A stretch of DNA of 44,568 nt. It comes from an uncultured bacterium (GTDB lineage Bacteria > SAR324 > NAC60-12). The notes beneath the pieces are model-generated. The model had not been told where the DNA came from, searched no databases, and worked only from the letters and a program-made list of their open reading frames with translations. Shown here piece after piece: positions 1-10,048 of this stretch; position 1 is the first letter of the stretch; every line of letters begins with the position of its first letter. The stretch is from NCBI GenBank assembly GCA_964010765.1, contig CAXGMD010000017.1:1-44568 (forward strand), written 5' to 3'. A program made the translations under genes and the position numbers.

Positions 1-10
1 CATAGACACC

Positions 11-1468
11 TCATAGCAGAGACCTCACGGACTCGTTGATGAGTAGGAGAAAGTCATCAGGGAAGATCCCCAAGTACAGCGTAGCGAAGACGGTCAAACC
101 AACTCCGAAAGAAGCCAGTCGTGGTGGAGTTTCTGCAACTGTAGAGGTTTCTTCGCCTGCCTTCAGATACATGCAGGCGATGACTCGCAGGTAATAGTAA
201 ACCGAAAGTGCGCTGTTGAGAACCGCAACGACTGTCAGTAGAATCCAATCGGCTTCTAGCGCAGCTCCGAAGATCCGTAGTTTCCCAACAAACCCACCCG
301 TCAGGGGCAGGCCGATCAACGAGAGCATCATCAAGCTCATACCCAGAGCAAGCATCGGGTTGGTTCGCGCATAACCGTGCAGGTCTTCGTAAGTCTCCAG
401 AATCCGCCCACGATTGCGAATAGCCAGAATGCCAAAAGCACCAGTGCTAACCACAGCATAAGCCAGCGCGTAAAAGAGAACGCTACCAATCGCAGCAGTT
501 GTGCCTACAGCAATGGCTACCATCATGTACCCGGCATGTGCAATAGAAGAATAAGCCAGCATGCGCTTCACATTTTGTTGCTGCAAAGCAACCAGATTGC
601 CGAGAGTCATCGTGAGCATGGCAAGCCAACCAAGGATGGTTTCCCAGCCCTCAACTTGCTCCAAGGGAATCCCAACCAGCAAAATTCGGATCATGATTGC
701 AAATCCTGCTGCTTTGGCAGCTGCAGACATGAACCCGGTGACTGGTGTTGGTGCGCCACTGTAGACATCCGGTGTCCACATGTGGAAAGGAACGATCGCC
801 ACCTTGAAACTCAGGCCGATAGTTAGCAGTGCAATACCTGCAAGAGCTAGCGGAGTCTCCACAGCCCCCAGGCGTAGTTGCTGCAGCATATCTGGGAGGT
901 AGGTACTTTCGGTTGCGCCATAGAGCAGTGAGATACCGTACAGCAGAAATCCGGTGGAGAAAGCGCCCAACAGCAGGTACTTTAGTGCGGCCTCACCTGA
1001 TTCAGGCACCTTGCGTTTCATGCCAACCAGGATATAGCTGGAAATCGACATGATTTCGAGCCCGATGAAGATCACCAGCAACTCGAGACTTGAAGACATC
1101 AGCATCATCCCAATCAACGCGCTCAACAGCAGGATGTAGTATTCACCGAAGTTCATCTCGTTCTCGGTGATGTAATGCCGCGAGAGCAGGATGGTCATCA
1201 GTCCGATTAGCAGGTACACCAGTTCCAGCAAGATCGAGAAGTTATCTGCTACCACGGTGCCGTAGAAACCTGTGTAACCAGCGCCGTACAACTGCAACTC
1301 AGCAAGCATGGTCAGCACGATTCCTCCCAGCGAAACGCTGACGAGTACGTCGTTGCGGCGGTTGGACGGAACAAAGAGATCTGCCAACATCGCCACCACT
1401 AAGGTCAGAAACAGGATCAGTTCCGGAATCAGTGGCAGTAAATCGACCAGCGAGATGAAGTTGGGCAT
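11..1468 (-). CDS. nuoN: NADH-quinone oxidoreductase subunit N
   Basis: Multi-TM antiporter-like subunit with motifs GLEIMSISSYIL, EAALKY and FKVAIVPFHMWTPDVYSGAP. Start placed at ATG 1468 (MPNFIS), trimming 33 aa from the ORF call. Confidence 0.92.
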   Translation of the reverse strand: MPNFISLVDLLPLIPELILFLTLVVAMLADLFVPSNRRNDVLVSVSLGGIVLTMLAELQLYGAGYTGFYGTVVADNFSILLELVYLLIGLMTILLSRHYITENEMNFGEYYILLLSALIGMMLMSSSLELLVIFIGLEIMSISSYILVGMKRKVPESGEAALKYLLLGAFSTGFLLYGISLLYGATESTYLPDMLQQLRLGAVETPLALAGIALLTIGLSFKVAIVPFHMWTPDVYSGAPTPVTGFMSAAAKAAGFAIMIRILLVGIPLEQVEGWETILGWLAMLTMTLGNLVALQQQNVKRMLAYSSIAHAGYMMVAIAVGTTAAIGSVLFYALAYAVVSTGAFGILAIRNRGRILETYEDLHGYARTNPMLALGMSLMMLSLIGLPLTGGFVGKLRIFGAALEADWILLTVVAVLNSALSVYYYLRVIACMYLKAGEETSTVAETPPRLASFGVGLTVFATLYLGIFPDDFLLLINESVRSLL

Positions 1469-1643
1469 GCGGGGCTCTACCTGGGATTGGATAGCGAACA
1501 AAAATGTGCAAAACGGCACGAATATGTAAAGGAAGCACTGAAAAGACAAGTCACAAACTGGAATCATTCAACATTTTGCAGGCCTTGGAAAAGGCAAAAA
1601 TACTACTCATATTTCTGATTGAATAAAGATACTAAAAATCATT

Positions 1644-2894
1644 ATGCAGTCTAACATCATCTCTTCGCCAGAATTGGCCAGTCAGGGCCATCAAAAGATT
1701 GAGTGGGTACGACGCAACATGCCGATCCTGAATCAGTTGGAGGATCAATTTGTTCAGGAACTTCCTTTTGCGGGCAAGCGGGTGACGGTCTGTATTCACC
1801 TGGAAGCCAAGACCGCCTACCTGGCACTGGTACTTCGAGCCGGTGGGGCAACGGTTTCCGTTACAGGTAGTAATCCTGAATCAACTAAAGACGATGTGGT
1901 GGCCGCACTTGCTGCAGAGGGACTGCATGTCTATGCTCGTCATGGTGCCAGTCCGGAGGAGATGCGCCGGTACATGAGCATTGCGCTGGAGCTACAACCG
2001 CATGTAGTGATTGACGACGGAGGAGATCTAGTCGAGCTACTCCATGAGTCGCAGCGTCAACATGGAGAACAAATGCTGGGAGCTTGTGAAGAAACAACTT
2101 CTGGAGTACTCCGTGCCAGAGCCCGTGCCAAGGCTGGACAACTAGACTTTCCAGTGATGCTGGTCAACGATGCACGTTGCAAGTACCTCTTCGATAATGT
2201 ACATGGCACGGGGCAGTCAGCCTGGGATGCCGTGATGCGCTCCACCAACCTGGTATTGGCTGGCAAAACAGTAGTGATCATCGGTTATGGCTGGTGCGGG
2301 AAAGGATGTGCACTGCGGGCCCAAGGACTGGGTGCAAACGTAGTGGTTTGTGAGATTGATCCAGTCAAGGCCGCCGATGCCATGATGAATGGCTGTCGAG
2401 TCTTGCCACTCAGAGACGCCTGCCCAATCGCTGATGTAGTATTGACCGTTACCGGAGGGCGTCACGCCTTGCGCAGGGAACACTTCCCCTTGTTGAAGAA
2501 CAACGTCCTATTGGCCAATGCTGGTCATTTCTGGGAAGAAATTGATGTGGAGAGCTTGGCGGAAATGTCGATAGAGCGTCGAGAGTTGCGCACCAACATT
2601 GAAGGATTCCATCTCTCCAACGGAAATTGGCTGAATCTGTTGGGAGGTGGAAACATCGTCAATATTGCTTGTGGAGATGGTCACCCAGCAGAAATCATGG
2701 ACACCAGCTTTGCCTTGCAGGCTCTTTCTGCACGCTATGTGGTGCAGCAGTCGGGTAGGCTGGCCATAGATTGTCATCCGGTACCCACGGAGATTGATGA
2801 GCAGGTGGCCCATTTGAAACTAAAAGCAGCAGGAGTTTCAATTGATACGCTGACCCGAGAGCAGCAGGATTATCTGGCAAACTGGCAAGTCTGA
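1644..2894 (+). CDS. ahcY: Adenosylhomocysteinase (short, HLEAKT-type; possibly acts on S-inosylhomocysteine)
   Basis: Motifs HLEAKT, DDGGD, EETTSG, KYLFDN, NAD-binding GYGWCGKG and GHPAEIMD. Confidence 0.95.
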   Translation: MQSNIISSPELASQGHQKIEWVRRNMPILNQLEDQFVQELPFAGKRVTVCIHLEAKTAYLALVLRAGGATVSVTGSNPESTKDDVVAALAAEGLHVYARHGASPEEMRRYMSIALELQPHVVIDDGGDLVELLHESQRQHGEQMLGACEETTSGVLRARARAKAGQLDFPVMLVNDARCKYLFDNVHGTGQSAWDAVMRSTNLVLAGKTVVIIGYGWCGKGCALRAQGLGANVVVCEIDPVKAADAMMNGCRVLPLRDACPIADVVLTVTGGRHALRREHFPLLKNNVLLANAGHFWEEIDVESLAEMSIERRELRTNIEGFHLSNGNWLNLLGGGNIVNIACGDGHPAEIMDTSFALQALSARYVVQQSGRLAIDCHPVPTEIDEQVAHLKLKAAGVSIDTLTREQQDYLANWQV

Positions 2895-2901
2895 GCAATT
2901 C

Positions 2902-4224
2902 ATGAAGCTACTGATACGACAAGCCACCCTGGTCACCGTCAACGAGAAAGACGAGGTGTTGGAACAGGCCGACCTAGCGATTGTCGATGATAAAATCGCT
3001 GCGATTGGTGAAATCCCAGAAGACTTTGTGCCTGACCGTATTCTTGAAGGGCAAGACCGCATTGTTCTGCCTGGGTTGATCAATAGCCACACGCATTTGT
3101 CGATGACGCTGATGCGCAACTATGCGGACGATCTGGACTTCTGGCCCTGGTTGATGGAACGGATCAAGCCGCTGGAAGATCACCTGACTCTAGAGGACGT
3201 ACGAATCGGTGCCCGTCTGGGTCTGGCAGAATTGATCGGAGGTGGGACAACCTGTTTTCATGATATGTATTTCCATATGGATCAGGTTGCTGAAGAGGTG
3301 GAAGCTGCTGGCTTAAGAGCCTGCCTCTGTGAAACATTGTTCGATAATGCTGGTCAGGGCGAACAAATGCTCCGTGATGCGGTTGAACTGCATCGAAACT
3401 GGGATGGCCAAGCAGAAGGCCGGATCAGTGTTGCGATGGCCCCCCACTCAATCTATCTCTGCAGTCCGGGTTACTTGCATGAAATTCTGCAGGAATCCTC
3501 GCGGCTACAATGTGGGTGGCACACGCATCTCTGTGAAACAGTGCAGGAGGTGGAGAACTGTCGACAGCAGCACGGCAAAACACCTGTTCAACTGCTGGCT
3601 GATCTCGATTGTTTTGAGGTTCCCGTAGTAGCCGCTCATGGAATCTATGTTGATGAGCAGGATCAGCGCTTGCTACGGGAAGGCAAGGTGAGTATTGCCC
3701 ACAATCCGAGCAGTAACCTCAAGCTCGCTAATGGCATTGCTCCCATCCAGTCTCTGATGCATCAGGGAGTAAATGTTTGCTTGGGAACGGATGGAGCTGC
3801 CAGCAATAACAATCTCAACCTGTTTGAGGAAATGCACATGGCAGCATTGCTTCAGAAGTGGAGAAATCACGATGCCAAGGCTCTCCCTGCTTCAGAGGTC
3901 CTAAGAATGGCTACGATCCGCGGTGCCCAGGCCTTGGGATTGGATCACCAGATTGGATCGCTGGAAGTTGGTAAGCAGGCAGACCTGATCATGATCAACA
4001 CATCCCAACCACATCTGGCTCCACGCCATGACCTAATTGCGCTGCTTGTCTACTCTGCTCAGGCTTCAGATGTCTGCACGGTCATGGTCAATGGGAAGAT
4101 CCTGCTTGAAGATCATGTCTTGCAAACCCTAGATCAATCCTCCTTGCTGGAACAGGCTTCTCAGCAAACTCAGCAATTGCTCCAACGAGCAAAGGCTCAC
4201 AAGCCAAAGCTGACACTGCCATAG
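2902..4224 (+). CDS. mtaD: Amidohydrolase, MTA/SAH/5'-deoxyadenosine deaminase family
   Basis: Motifs PGLINSHTH, HTHLCET, HNPSSNLKLA and GTDGAASNN. Starts 7 nt after ahcY. Confidence 0.8.
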   Translation: MKLLIRQATLVTVNEKDEVLEQADLAIVDDKIAAIGEIPEDFVPDRILEGQDRIVLPGLINSHTHLSMTLMRNYADDLDFWPWLMERIKPLEDHLTLEDVRIGARLGLAELIGGGTTCFHDMYFHMDQVAEEVEAAGLRACLCETLFDNAGQGEQMLRDAVELHRNWDGQAEGRISVAMAPHSIYLCSPGYLHEILQESSRLQCGWHTHLCETVQEVENCRQQHGKTPVQLLADLDCFEVPVVAAHGIYVDEQDQRLLREGKVSIAHNPSSNLKLANGIAPIQSLMHQGVNVCLGTDGAASNNNLNLFEEMHMAALLQKWRNHDAKALPASEVLRMATIRGAQALGLDHQIGSLEVGKQADLIMINTSQPHLAPRHDLIALLVYSAQASDVCTVMVNGKILLEDHVLQTLDQSSLLEQASQQTQQLLQRAKAHKPKLTLP

Positions 4225-4314
4225 CGCAGTCCGTACGCGTTTCCTAGGCATCGCAAGAGGCTCTGAACAAGAGCTTCTTCCTTCTCCTTTCCAACATTTT
4301 TTGGCTGTTTCGGG

Positions 4315-6324
4315 ATGGAAATTCCGCTGTTGCGAGATCTTGTGATCATTTTCAGTCTGTCGGTAGTGGTGATCTATGGCTGCCGACAGGTGAAGTTGCC
4401 GATTCTGGTAGGTTTACTGGTTACCGGGATGCTGGTTGGCCCCAGAAGCTTTGGGCTGATTCACGAGGTACATCTGGTCGAAGTAATGGCAGAGATTGGT
4501 ATCATCCTACTGCTTTTCTCAATCGGAATTGAGTTCTCCCTGAAGAAGCTCTGGCAGATTCGCACACTCGTTCTGGTCGGTGGGACACTACAAGTCGGCC
4601 TGACGATGTTGGGAACCTTTGCCGTGACGCACTACCTGCTGGGATGGGCAGCCACGCAGGCTTGGTTTCTTGGGATGCTGTTATCGTTGTCTAGCACCGC
4701 CATTGTGCTCAAGCTCTACCAAGAACGTGGAGAGATGGAGACAATGCAAGGGCGCCTAGCCCTGGGAGTTCTCATTTTTCAGGATATTGCGGCGGTGCTG
4801 ATGATTCTGGTGACCCCGATGTTGGGAGGAGAAGTTCTCGAAACATCGAGCCTTGATGTGTTTCGCCTGGTGTTGATTGGTCTTGGTGTCCCGTTATTCA
4901 TTTGGCTGGGATCTCAGTACGTTCTCCCCTGGATGTTGCACCGGGTGGTCAGTACCCGCAGTCCGGAATTGTTCTTGTTGAGTATTGTCAGCATCTGCTT
5001 TGCCGTAGCCTGGGGATTCTCACAGATTGGTATTTCCTTAGCGCTGGGTGCCTTTTTGGCGGGTTTGGTGATTTCAGAGTCTGAGTACAGCCACGAAGCC
5101 TTTGAGCACGTGTTGCCGTTCCGGGAGATTTTCACCAGCATTTTCTTTGTTTCCGCCGGCATGCTGCTGGATATTGGTTATCTCTGGGAGCATCTTGGGC
5201 TGGTGTTGTCTGTCTTGCTGGCTGTGTTGGTCTTCAAGTTGTTCATACTTTTGGTGGTGGCGATTCTATTGGGAATGCCACTCCGCACAGCTTGGATTGC
5301 CGGATTTGGTTTGTGTCAGGTGGGTGAGTTTGCCTTTGTGCTCAATACAACGGGTAGCCGCTACCAGCTGTTGAGTCCTGACAATGAACAACTCTTCCTG
5401 ACCGTTATTGTCCTGACGATGATGCTCACCTCTTTCCTGATTGCTGGAGCTCCTCAGTTGACGCAGTCCCTGCTACATCTACCCTGGCCTAGACGTCTGC
5501 GAGCTGGGCTTTACAAGGGCTTGCGTCTACAGATTCGTTCTTCTCGCTATGATCTGCAGGATCATCTGGTGATTGTTGGTTATGGCATCAATGGGCGTAA
5601 CGTGGCTCGAGCTGCCAAACGCGCACAGGTACCCTATGTGGTTTTGGAGACCAACCCTGATACGGTTCGTAGTGAACAAGCCCTGGGTGAGCCGCTAGTT
5701 TATGGTGATGCTACCCAGAAAGCGGTATTGAACCGAGTAGGAATTCGGCAGGCAAGAACGGTTGTGGTAGTGATCGCAGAGGCAACGGCAACTCGACGGA
5801 TCGTTTCAGCAATCCGGGAACTCAATCCCAGTGTTTACTTGATTGCTCGAACTCGTTATGTGCGCGAGGTGGAAGAACTACGCCGCCTGGGTGCCAATGA
5901 GGTGGTTCCTGAAGAATTTGAAACGGCACTGGAAATCTTTGATCGAGTGTTGACGCAGTACCTCGTACCCCGTCCAGAGATCGATCATCTCGTCGAGGAA
6001 ATGCGCTCCGGGAATTATGGTCTGTTGCGTCAGGAAGTTCTGCCTGAGACCACTGAGGTTGCTCAGGAACCCAACCTTCATCCAGAAATTCAAGTAACGA
6101 CCTTGCTGTTGAATGCTGCCTGCTCCTGGAATGGTCATTCTCTACAAGACATCCATCTTCGTGCAGAACATGGAGTGAGCTTGGTGGCTCTTCGCCGACA
6201 GGGGAAAATGCTGCTGGATCTTTCGAGTGAAACAATTCTTCAAGCAGATGATGAGCTGTTTCTGATTGGCCCACCGGAAAAAATGCGACAGGTGGCTCAG
6301 TTGCTACGGATTGAGGTGATCTAG
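4315..6324 (+). CDS. CPA2/Kef-type cation:proton antiporter with TrkA-N (RCK) and TrkA-C domains
   Basis: TM domain with SLSSTAIV, LIFQD, LGAFLAG and QVGEFAFV, then VGYGING and GDAT RCK motifs and a C-terminal TrkA-C-like domain. Confidence 0.9.
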   Translation: MEIPLLRDLVIIFSLSVVVIYGCRQVKLPILVGLLVTGMLVGPRSFGLIHEVHLVEVMAEIGIILLLFSIGIEFSLKKLWQIRTLVLVGGTLQVGLTMLGTFAVTHYLLGWAATQAWFLGMLLSLSSTAIVLKLYQERGEMETMQGRLALGVLIFQDIAAVLMILVTPMLGGEVLETSSLDVFRLVLIGLGVPLFIWLGSQYVLPWMLHRVVSTRSPELFLLSIVSICFAVAWGFSQIGISLALGAFLAGLVISESEYSHEAFEHVLPFREIFTSIFFVSAGMLLDIGYLWEHLGLVLSVLLAVLVFKLFILLVVAILLGMPLRTAWIAGFGLCQVGEFAFVLNTTGSRYQLLSPDNEQLFLTVIVLTMMLTSFLIAGAPQLTQSLLHLPWPRRLRAGLYKGLRLQIRSSRYDLQDHLVIVGYGINGRNVARAAKRAQVPYVVLETNPDTVRSEQALGEPLVYGDATQKAVLNRVGIRQARTVVVVIAEATATRRIVSAIRELNPSVYLIARTRYVREVEELRRLGANEVVPEEFETALEIFDRVLTQYLVPRPEIDHLVEEMRSGNYGLLRQEVLPETTEVAQEPNLHPEIQVTTLLLNAACSWNGHSLQDIHLRAEHGVSLVALRRQGKMLLDLSSETILQADDELFLIGPPEKMRQVAQLLRIEVI

Positions 6325-6337
6325 TTTCACTAATTTT

Positions 6338-6976
6338 TTAAAAAGTTTCTTCTGAAAATAAGAATTTGTAGTCTTCTTGCGCTGTCAACTCCGTTGCGAA
6401 AGTATCTTCTTTGAGTTTAGTGATGACAGCACAACCAGAACTCCAATGCAGATGGCTTATAGCAAAGGAGTCTAGCTGATTGAAAAAGGACAGGAGAGCA
6501 TCAACTTTTAATTGGTGATGATTTGGCCAATTGCTCTGGGGTAGTAAATCATCAATGAAGTAGATGCCACCAACGATTAATGTGTTCAGTGCTAAATGTA
6601 GGTGGCTGTACTTACCAGGCCAAGCATCAGCAAAAATAAAGTTGTATGTTTGAGGCTTACAAGAGCTCAAAAAATCTCCACCATCCTCAACGATAAATTG
6701 TAAGCCTTTCTTTGGACCAATGACTGATTGAGCTGCTTTGGATTACTCTTCATTAACATCAACAGTATCTAATCGACCTGCTCCCAGTACTTCGGCTAAA
6801 AACAGGGTGGAAAGTCCTGTACCTGTGCCCAGCTCTAGCGAGTTTCCATGGCATCCTCTAGCCACTATGGCACATAGATTTGCCACCTCTAGATCACATG
6901 ACATTTCAAAGCCCAACCTATGGCTTATCGTCTTAATTTTTTCGATCTGAGGTTGAAGCTTTTGAATCAGATCCAT
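6338..6976 (-). pseudogene. SAM-dependent O-methyltransferase interrupted by an in-frame TAA at 6743-6745
   Basis: ORFs 6743..6991 and 6338..6670 share a frame. Reading through gives LELGTGTGLS...VDVNEE*SKAAQSVIG...EDGGDFL...FIFADAWPGKY. Confidence 0.8.
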
Positions 6977-7123
6977 TTCACTCCCTGACAACAGAAGATG
7001 ATTTTATAATAATGTTGATGGTTTCTGATTGGTATTCTAGCAGCTTCCTGAGCGGCAAGCTTTGAACAACCCAAGACTCACCGAACTCAGAAAAGCAACA
7101 GAGGTGCTATTTCAGCAAACGAG

Positions 7124-8446
7124 TCAACTCTGTTGCTCCCAGAGCCACTGGGCGACACGCAGTAGCCGAGCATCGGCTCCACGAGGGGCGACTAACTGCA
7201 TCCCGATTGGCATGCCATTTTCTGCCTGAAAGAGGGGAAGGGTCAACGAGGGGGTGCCGCAGAGGGTCCAGATTCCGTTGAAGACGGGGTCTCCGGTAGT
7301 GTTGCGGTCTTGGGGTGCATGATCCGGAGCCGAAGGCATCACCAGTACATCAGCCACGGCAAAGAGGGGTTCTAGTGCGCGGTTGAGAACTTCTCGACTA
7401 GCAAGAGCGGCTAGATATTCGACGGCTGTGCGTTGTCCCCCCTGCTCCATCGCTCCCTGCACCTGCGAACTCAAGGAAGCCTGTCCTCGCTCAGCGTAGT
7501 GCCCGTAGTGATGCACCATCTCCACAAAATTGAGCGTTTCCCGTTGCCGGATCGAATCCTGGAAGGCGGACGGCAGGTTTAGGTTGACAGCTTGATTTCC
7601 CAGGGATGACTGGAGTTGCTCCAGCTTGCTGAGGGTTTGTGCAGAGGCTCGTTCCCAGTAAGGAAGGGTGACAAAACCAAAGCGAGGAGCACTGACAATA
7701 GGTTGTTGACAGCTTTCCAGCAGCGAGAGTGTTGGTTGGGTTCCTGGAACAGGTTCTTGTCGCAATAAATCGGTGACAAGTGCGAGATCTGCCACGGAAC
7801 GAGCAAAAACTCCAAGCGTGTCCAGTGTGTGTGACTGCATCAACACCCCGTCCGTGGGCAGCAGATCAAAGGTGGGCTTGAAGCCAAAGACCCCACAGTA
7901 GGCAGCCGGTCGAATCACAGAACCCCCAGTTTGGCTACCCAGCGCAACCGGGACCATCCCTGCTGCTACTGCTGCTGCCGAACCAGCCGAAGAACCCCCA
8001 GGAGTGAAATCCACACCATGCGGGTTGCCTGTCCGAGCTGGGCACATGAAAGCCAACTCTGTGGTGACCGTCTTGCCAAAGAGCACGCCACCCGCTGCCA
8101 GCCACCGATCCACAACAGCTGCCTGACGAGTCGGAATCCGACCAACATCTAGTACTGTGCCGTTCTCAGTGGGAATCCCTGCGGTGTCAATGATGTCCTT
8201 GAGCGCCAGTGGCAATCCGTGGGCTGGTCCAACAGGACTACTCCGGGCGAACTGAGCATCCAGTTGTTGAGCCTGCTGGCGAATGTGTCCAGGTCCCAGC
8301 CAGGCAAAGGCTTGGAGTTGGGGATCACGGGTAGCGACTTCTGTCAGCAATTCTTCACAAACGCTCTCCACGTTGCGATCGCCACTTTGCAGGGAAGTAC
8401 GCAGGCTGTTTGCGTCTGGTTGAGAAGTCAGGAAAGCAGGAGACAT
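7124..8446 (-). CDS. Amidase signature (GatA-like) family amidase
   Basis: LKD, PGGSSAGSAAAVA and GSQTGGSVIRPA motifs (Ser-cisSer-Lys triad). ATG 8446 follows a GAGG SD. Confidence 0.88.
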   Translation of the reverse strand: MSPAFLTSQPDANSLRTSLQSGDRNVESVCEELLTEVATRDPQLQAFAWLGPGHIRQQAQQLDAQFARSSPVGPAHGLPLALKDIIDTAGIPTENGTVLDVGRIPTRQAAVVDRWLAAGGVLFGKTVTTELAFMCPARTGNPHGVDFTPGGSSAGSAAAVAAGMVPVALGSQTGGSVIRPAAYCGVFGFKPTFDLLPTDGVLMQSHTLDTLGVFARSVADLALVTDLLRQEPVPGTQPTLSLLESCQQPIVSAPRFGFVTLPYWERASAQTLSKLEQLQSSLGNQAVNLNLPSAFQDSIRQRETLNFVEMVHHYGHYAERGQASLSSQVQGAMEQGGQRTAVEYLAALASREVLNRALEPLFAVADVLVMPSAPDHAPQDRNTTGDPVFNGIWTLCGTPSLTLPLFQAENGMPIGMQLVAPRGADARLLRVAQWLWEQQS

Positions 8447-8475
8447 AGAGTTTTCCTCGGCAGAATAACAGACGC

Positions 8476-10008
8476 TCAAAGCATAGAGAGCAGTACACCA
8501 GCAGCAACAGCAGAACCAATCACTCCGGAGACGTTGGGCCCCATCGCGTGCATCAATAGGTGATTCTGTGGGTTGGCTTGTAAGCCAACTTGGTTGACAA
8601 CTCGAGCAGCCATCGGCACGGCTGAGACTCCTGCTGCCCCAATCAACGGATTGATCGGAGCCTCAGAGAGACGGTTCATTAGCTTGGCCATCAGTACTCC
8701 TGTTGCAGTACCAATGCCGAAAGCAATCATTCCCAGAATCAGGATGCCGACGGTTTCCAAATTCAGAAATCGAGTAGCCAATAGCTTGCTGCCCACACCG
8801 AGTCCCAGGAAGATCGTGACGGTGTTGATCAGCGCATTCTGCATCGTGTCAGATAGTCGGTCCACTACCCCACATTCCCGAGCGAGATTGCCCAGCATGA
8901 ACATGCCGATCAGTGGTGCGGCGGAGGGAAGTAGCGCAGCACAGAGAATCAACACCAACAATGGAAAGAGGATCTTCTCCCGACGAGAGACGTAGCGTAG
9001 CTGCTTCATCACCATCCGACGTTCCTCCTCGGTCGTGAGCAGCTTCATGATCGGTGGCTGAATTAGAGGAACCAGGGCCATATAGGAATAGGCGGCAATC
9101 GCAATGGAGCCCAACAGCCGTGGCGAAAGCTGACTGGAGAGGAAAATCGCGGTCGGTCCGTCTGCTCCACCGATGATGCCGATCGAGGCTGCGTCTCGCA
9201 GGCTGAAGTCAATACCCGGAACGACATTCAAAGCCAGCGCACCAAGCAGGGTGGCAAAGATGCCAAACTGGGCAGCTGCTCCTAGCAGGGCGGTCCGGGG
9301 ATTGGCGAGCATTGGCCCGAAATCGGTCATTGCTCCGACTCCCATGAAGATCAGTAGCGGAAAGATCCCGGTGGTAATGCCCATTTCATAGACGTAGTAG
9401 AGTAGTCCTCCTGGTTCCCCCATCCCAGCTCCGGGAATGTTTGTCAGGATTGTACCAAACCCAATCGGTACCAGCAGCAGGGGTTCAAACTTCCGATTAA
9501 TGCCCAGGTAGAGCAATCCCATGCCAATCAAGATCATCAGGAGCCGACCGATCCCCTCTGACCAATCCAGGTCCTGTCCCTGAAAAATCTTAGTAACCCC
9601 TGTGGAGTTCCGCAGCTCCTTCAGCATGCCACTGAGCGTTGGTTCCTTGGTAATCGCGGGGGCGGTGTTCCCAGACTCGATGAGCAGGGGTTGGATTTCC
9701 AACACCCCCAGTGACTCCTTGTCTTCGAAGTAGAGATACGGGGAAGGTTTCCACTCGCGGAGGACACCCGAAGCACCAGCACGTAGGGTGAGCTTGCCAC
9801 CATCGGTTTGCTTCATCACGGCGAGGATGTCGCCAGCCACTACGTTATCGCCCTGCTTGACTCGGACTTCCAGCACCTGCAGTCTGCCTTGGGCGGAGAT
9901 GGTGACCTGATTCGGATCGGTCTGTGCGCTGGCAGTAAACGGCAACACCAGCAGCCAAAGACTGATTGGCAGGAACCACAATCGGGAGAATCGTTGATAG
10001 CTCAGCAT
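8476..10008 (-). CDS. oadB: Na+-translocating decarboxylase beta subunit with an unusual N-terminal extension
   Basis: Motifs [30 protein letters not shown] and [14 protein letters not shown]. About 125 extra N-terminal residues. Confidence 0.93.
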   Translation of the reverse strand: MLSYQRFSRLWFLPISLWLLVLPFTASAQTDPNQVTISAQGRLQVLEVRVKQGDNVVAGDILAVMKQTDGGKLTLRAGASGVLREWKPSPYLYFEDKESLGVLEIQPLLIESGNTAPAITKEPTLSGMLKELRNSTGVTKIFQGQDLDWSEGIGRLLMILIGMGLLYLGINRKFEPLLLVPIGFGTILTNIPGAGMGEPGGLLYYVYEMGITTGIFPLLIFMGVGAMTDFGPMLANPRTALLGAAAQFGIFATLLGALALNVVPGIDFSLRDAASIGIIGGADGPTAIFLSSQLSPRLLGSIAIAAYSYMALVPLIQPPIMKLLTTEEERRMVMKQLRYVSRREKILFPLLVLILCAALLPSAAPLIGMFMLGNLARECGVVDRLSDTMQNALINTVTIFLGLGVGSKLLATRFLNLETVGILILGMIAFGIGTATGVLMAKLMNRLSEAPINPLIGAAGVSAVPMAARVVNQVGLQANPQNHLLMHAMGPNVSGVIGSAVAAGVLLSML

Positions 10009-10048
10009 CCCTGTTTTCGTTATGGAAGTGTTGGGGAAAAGAGCAATT

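Noticed and set aside
1469..1643. SAH or SAM riboswitch, or sigma-54 site, upstream of ahcY
   Set aside because: The region is AT-rich with no riboswitch consensus I recognise, and CGGCAC lacks a correctly spaced TTGC.
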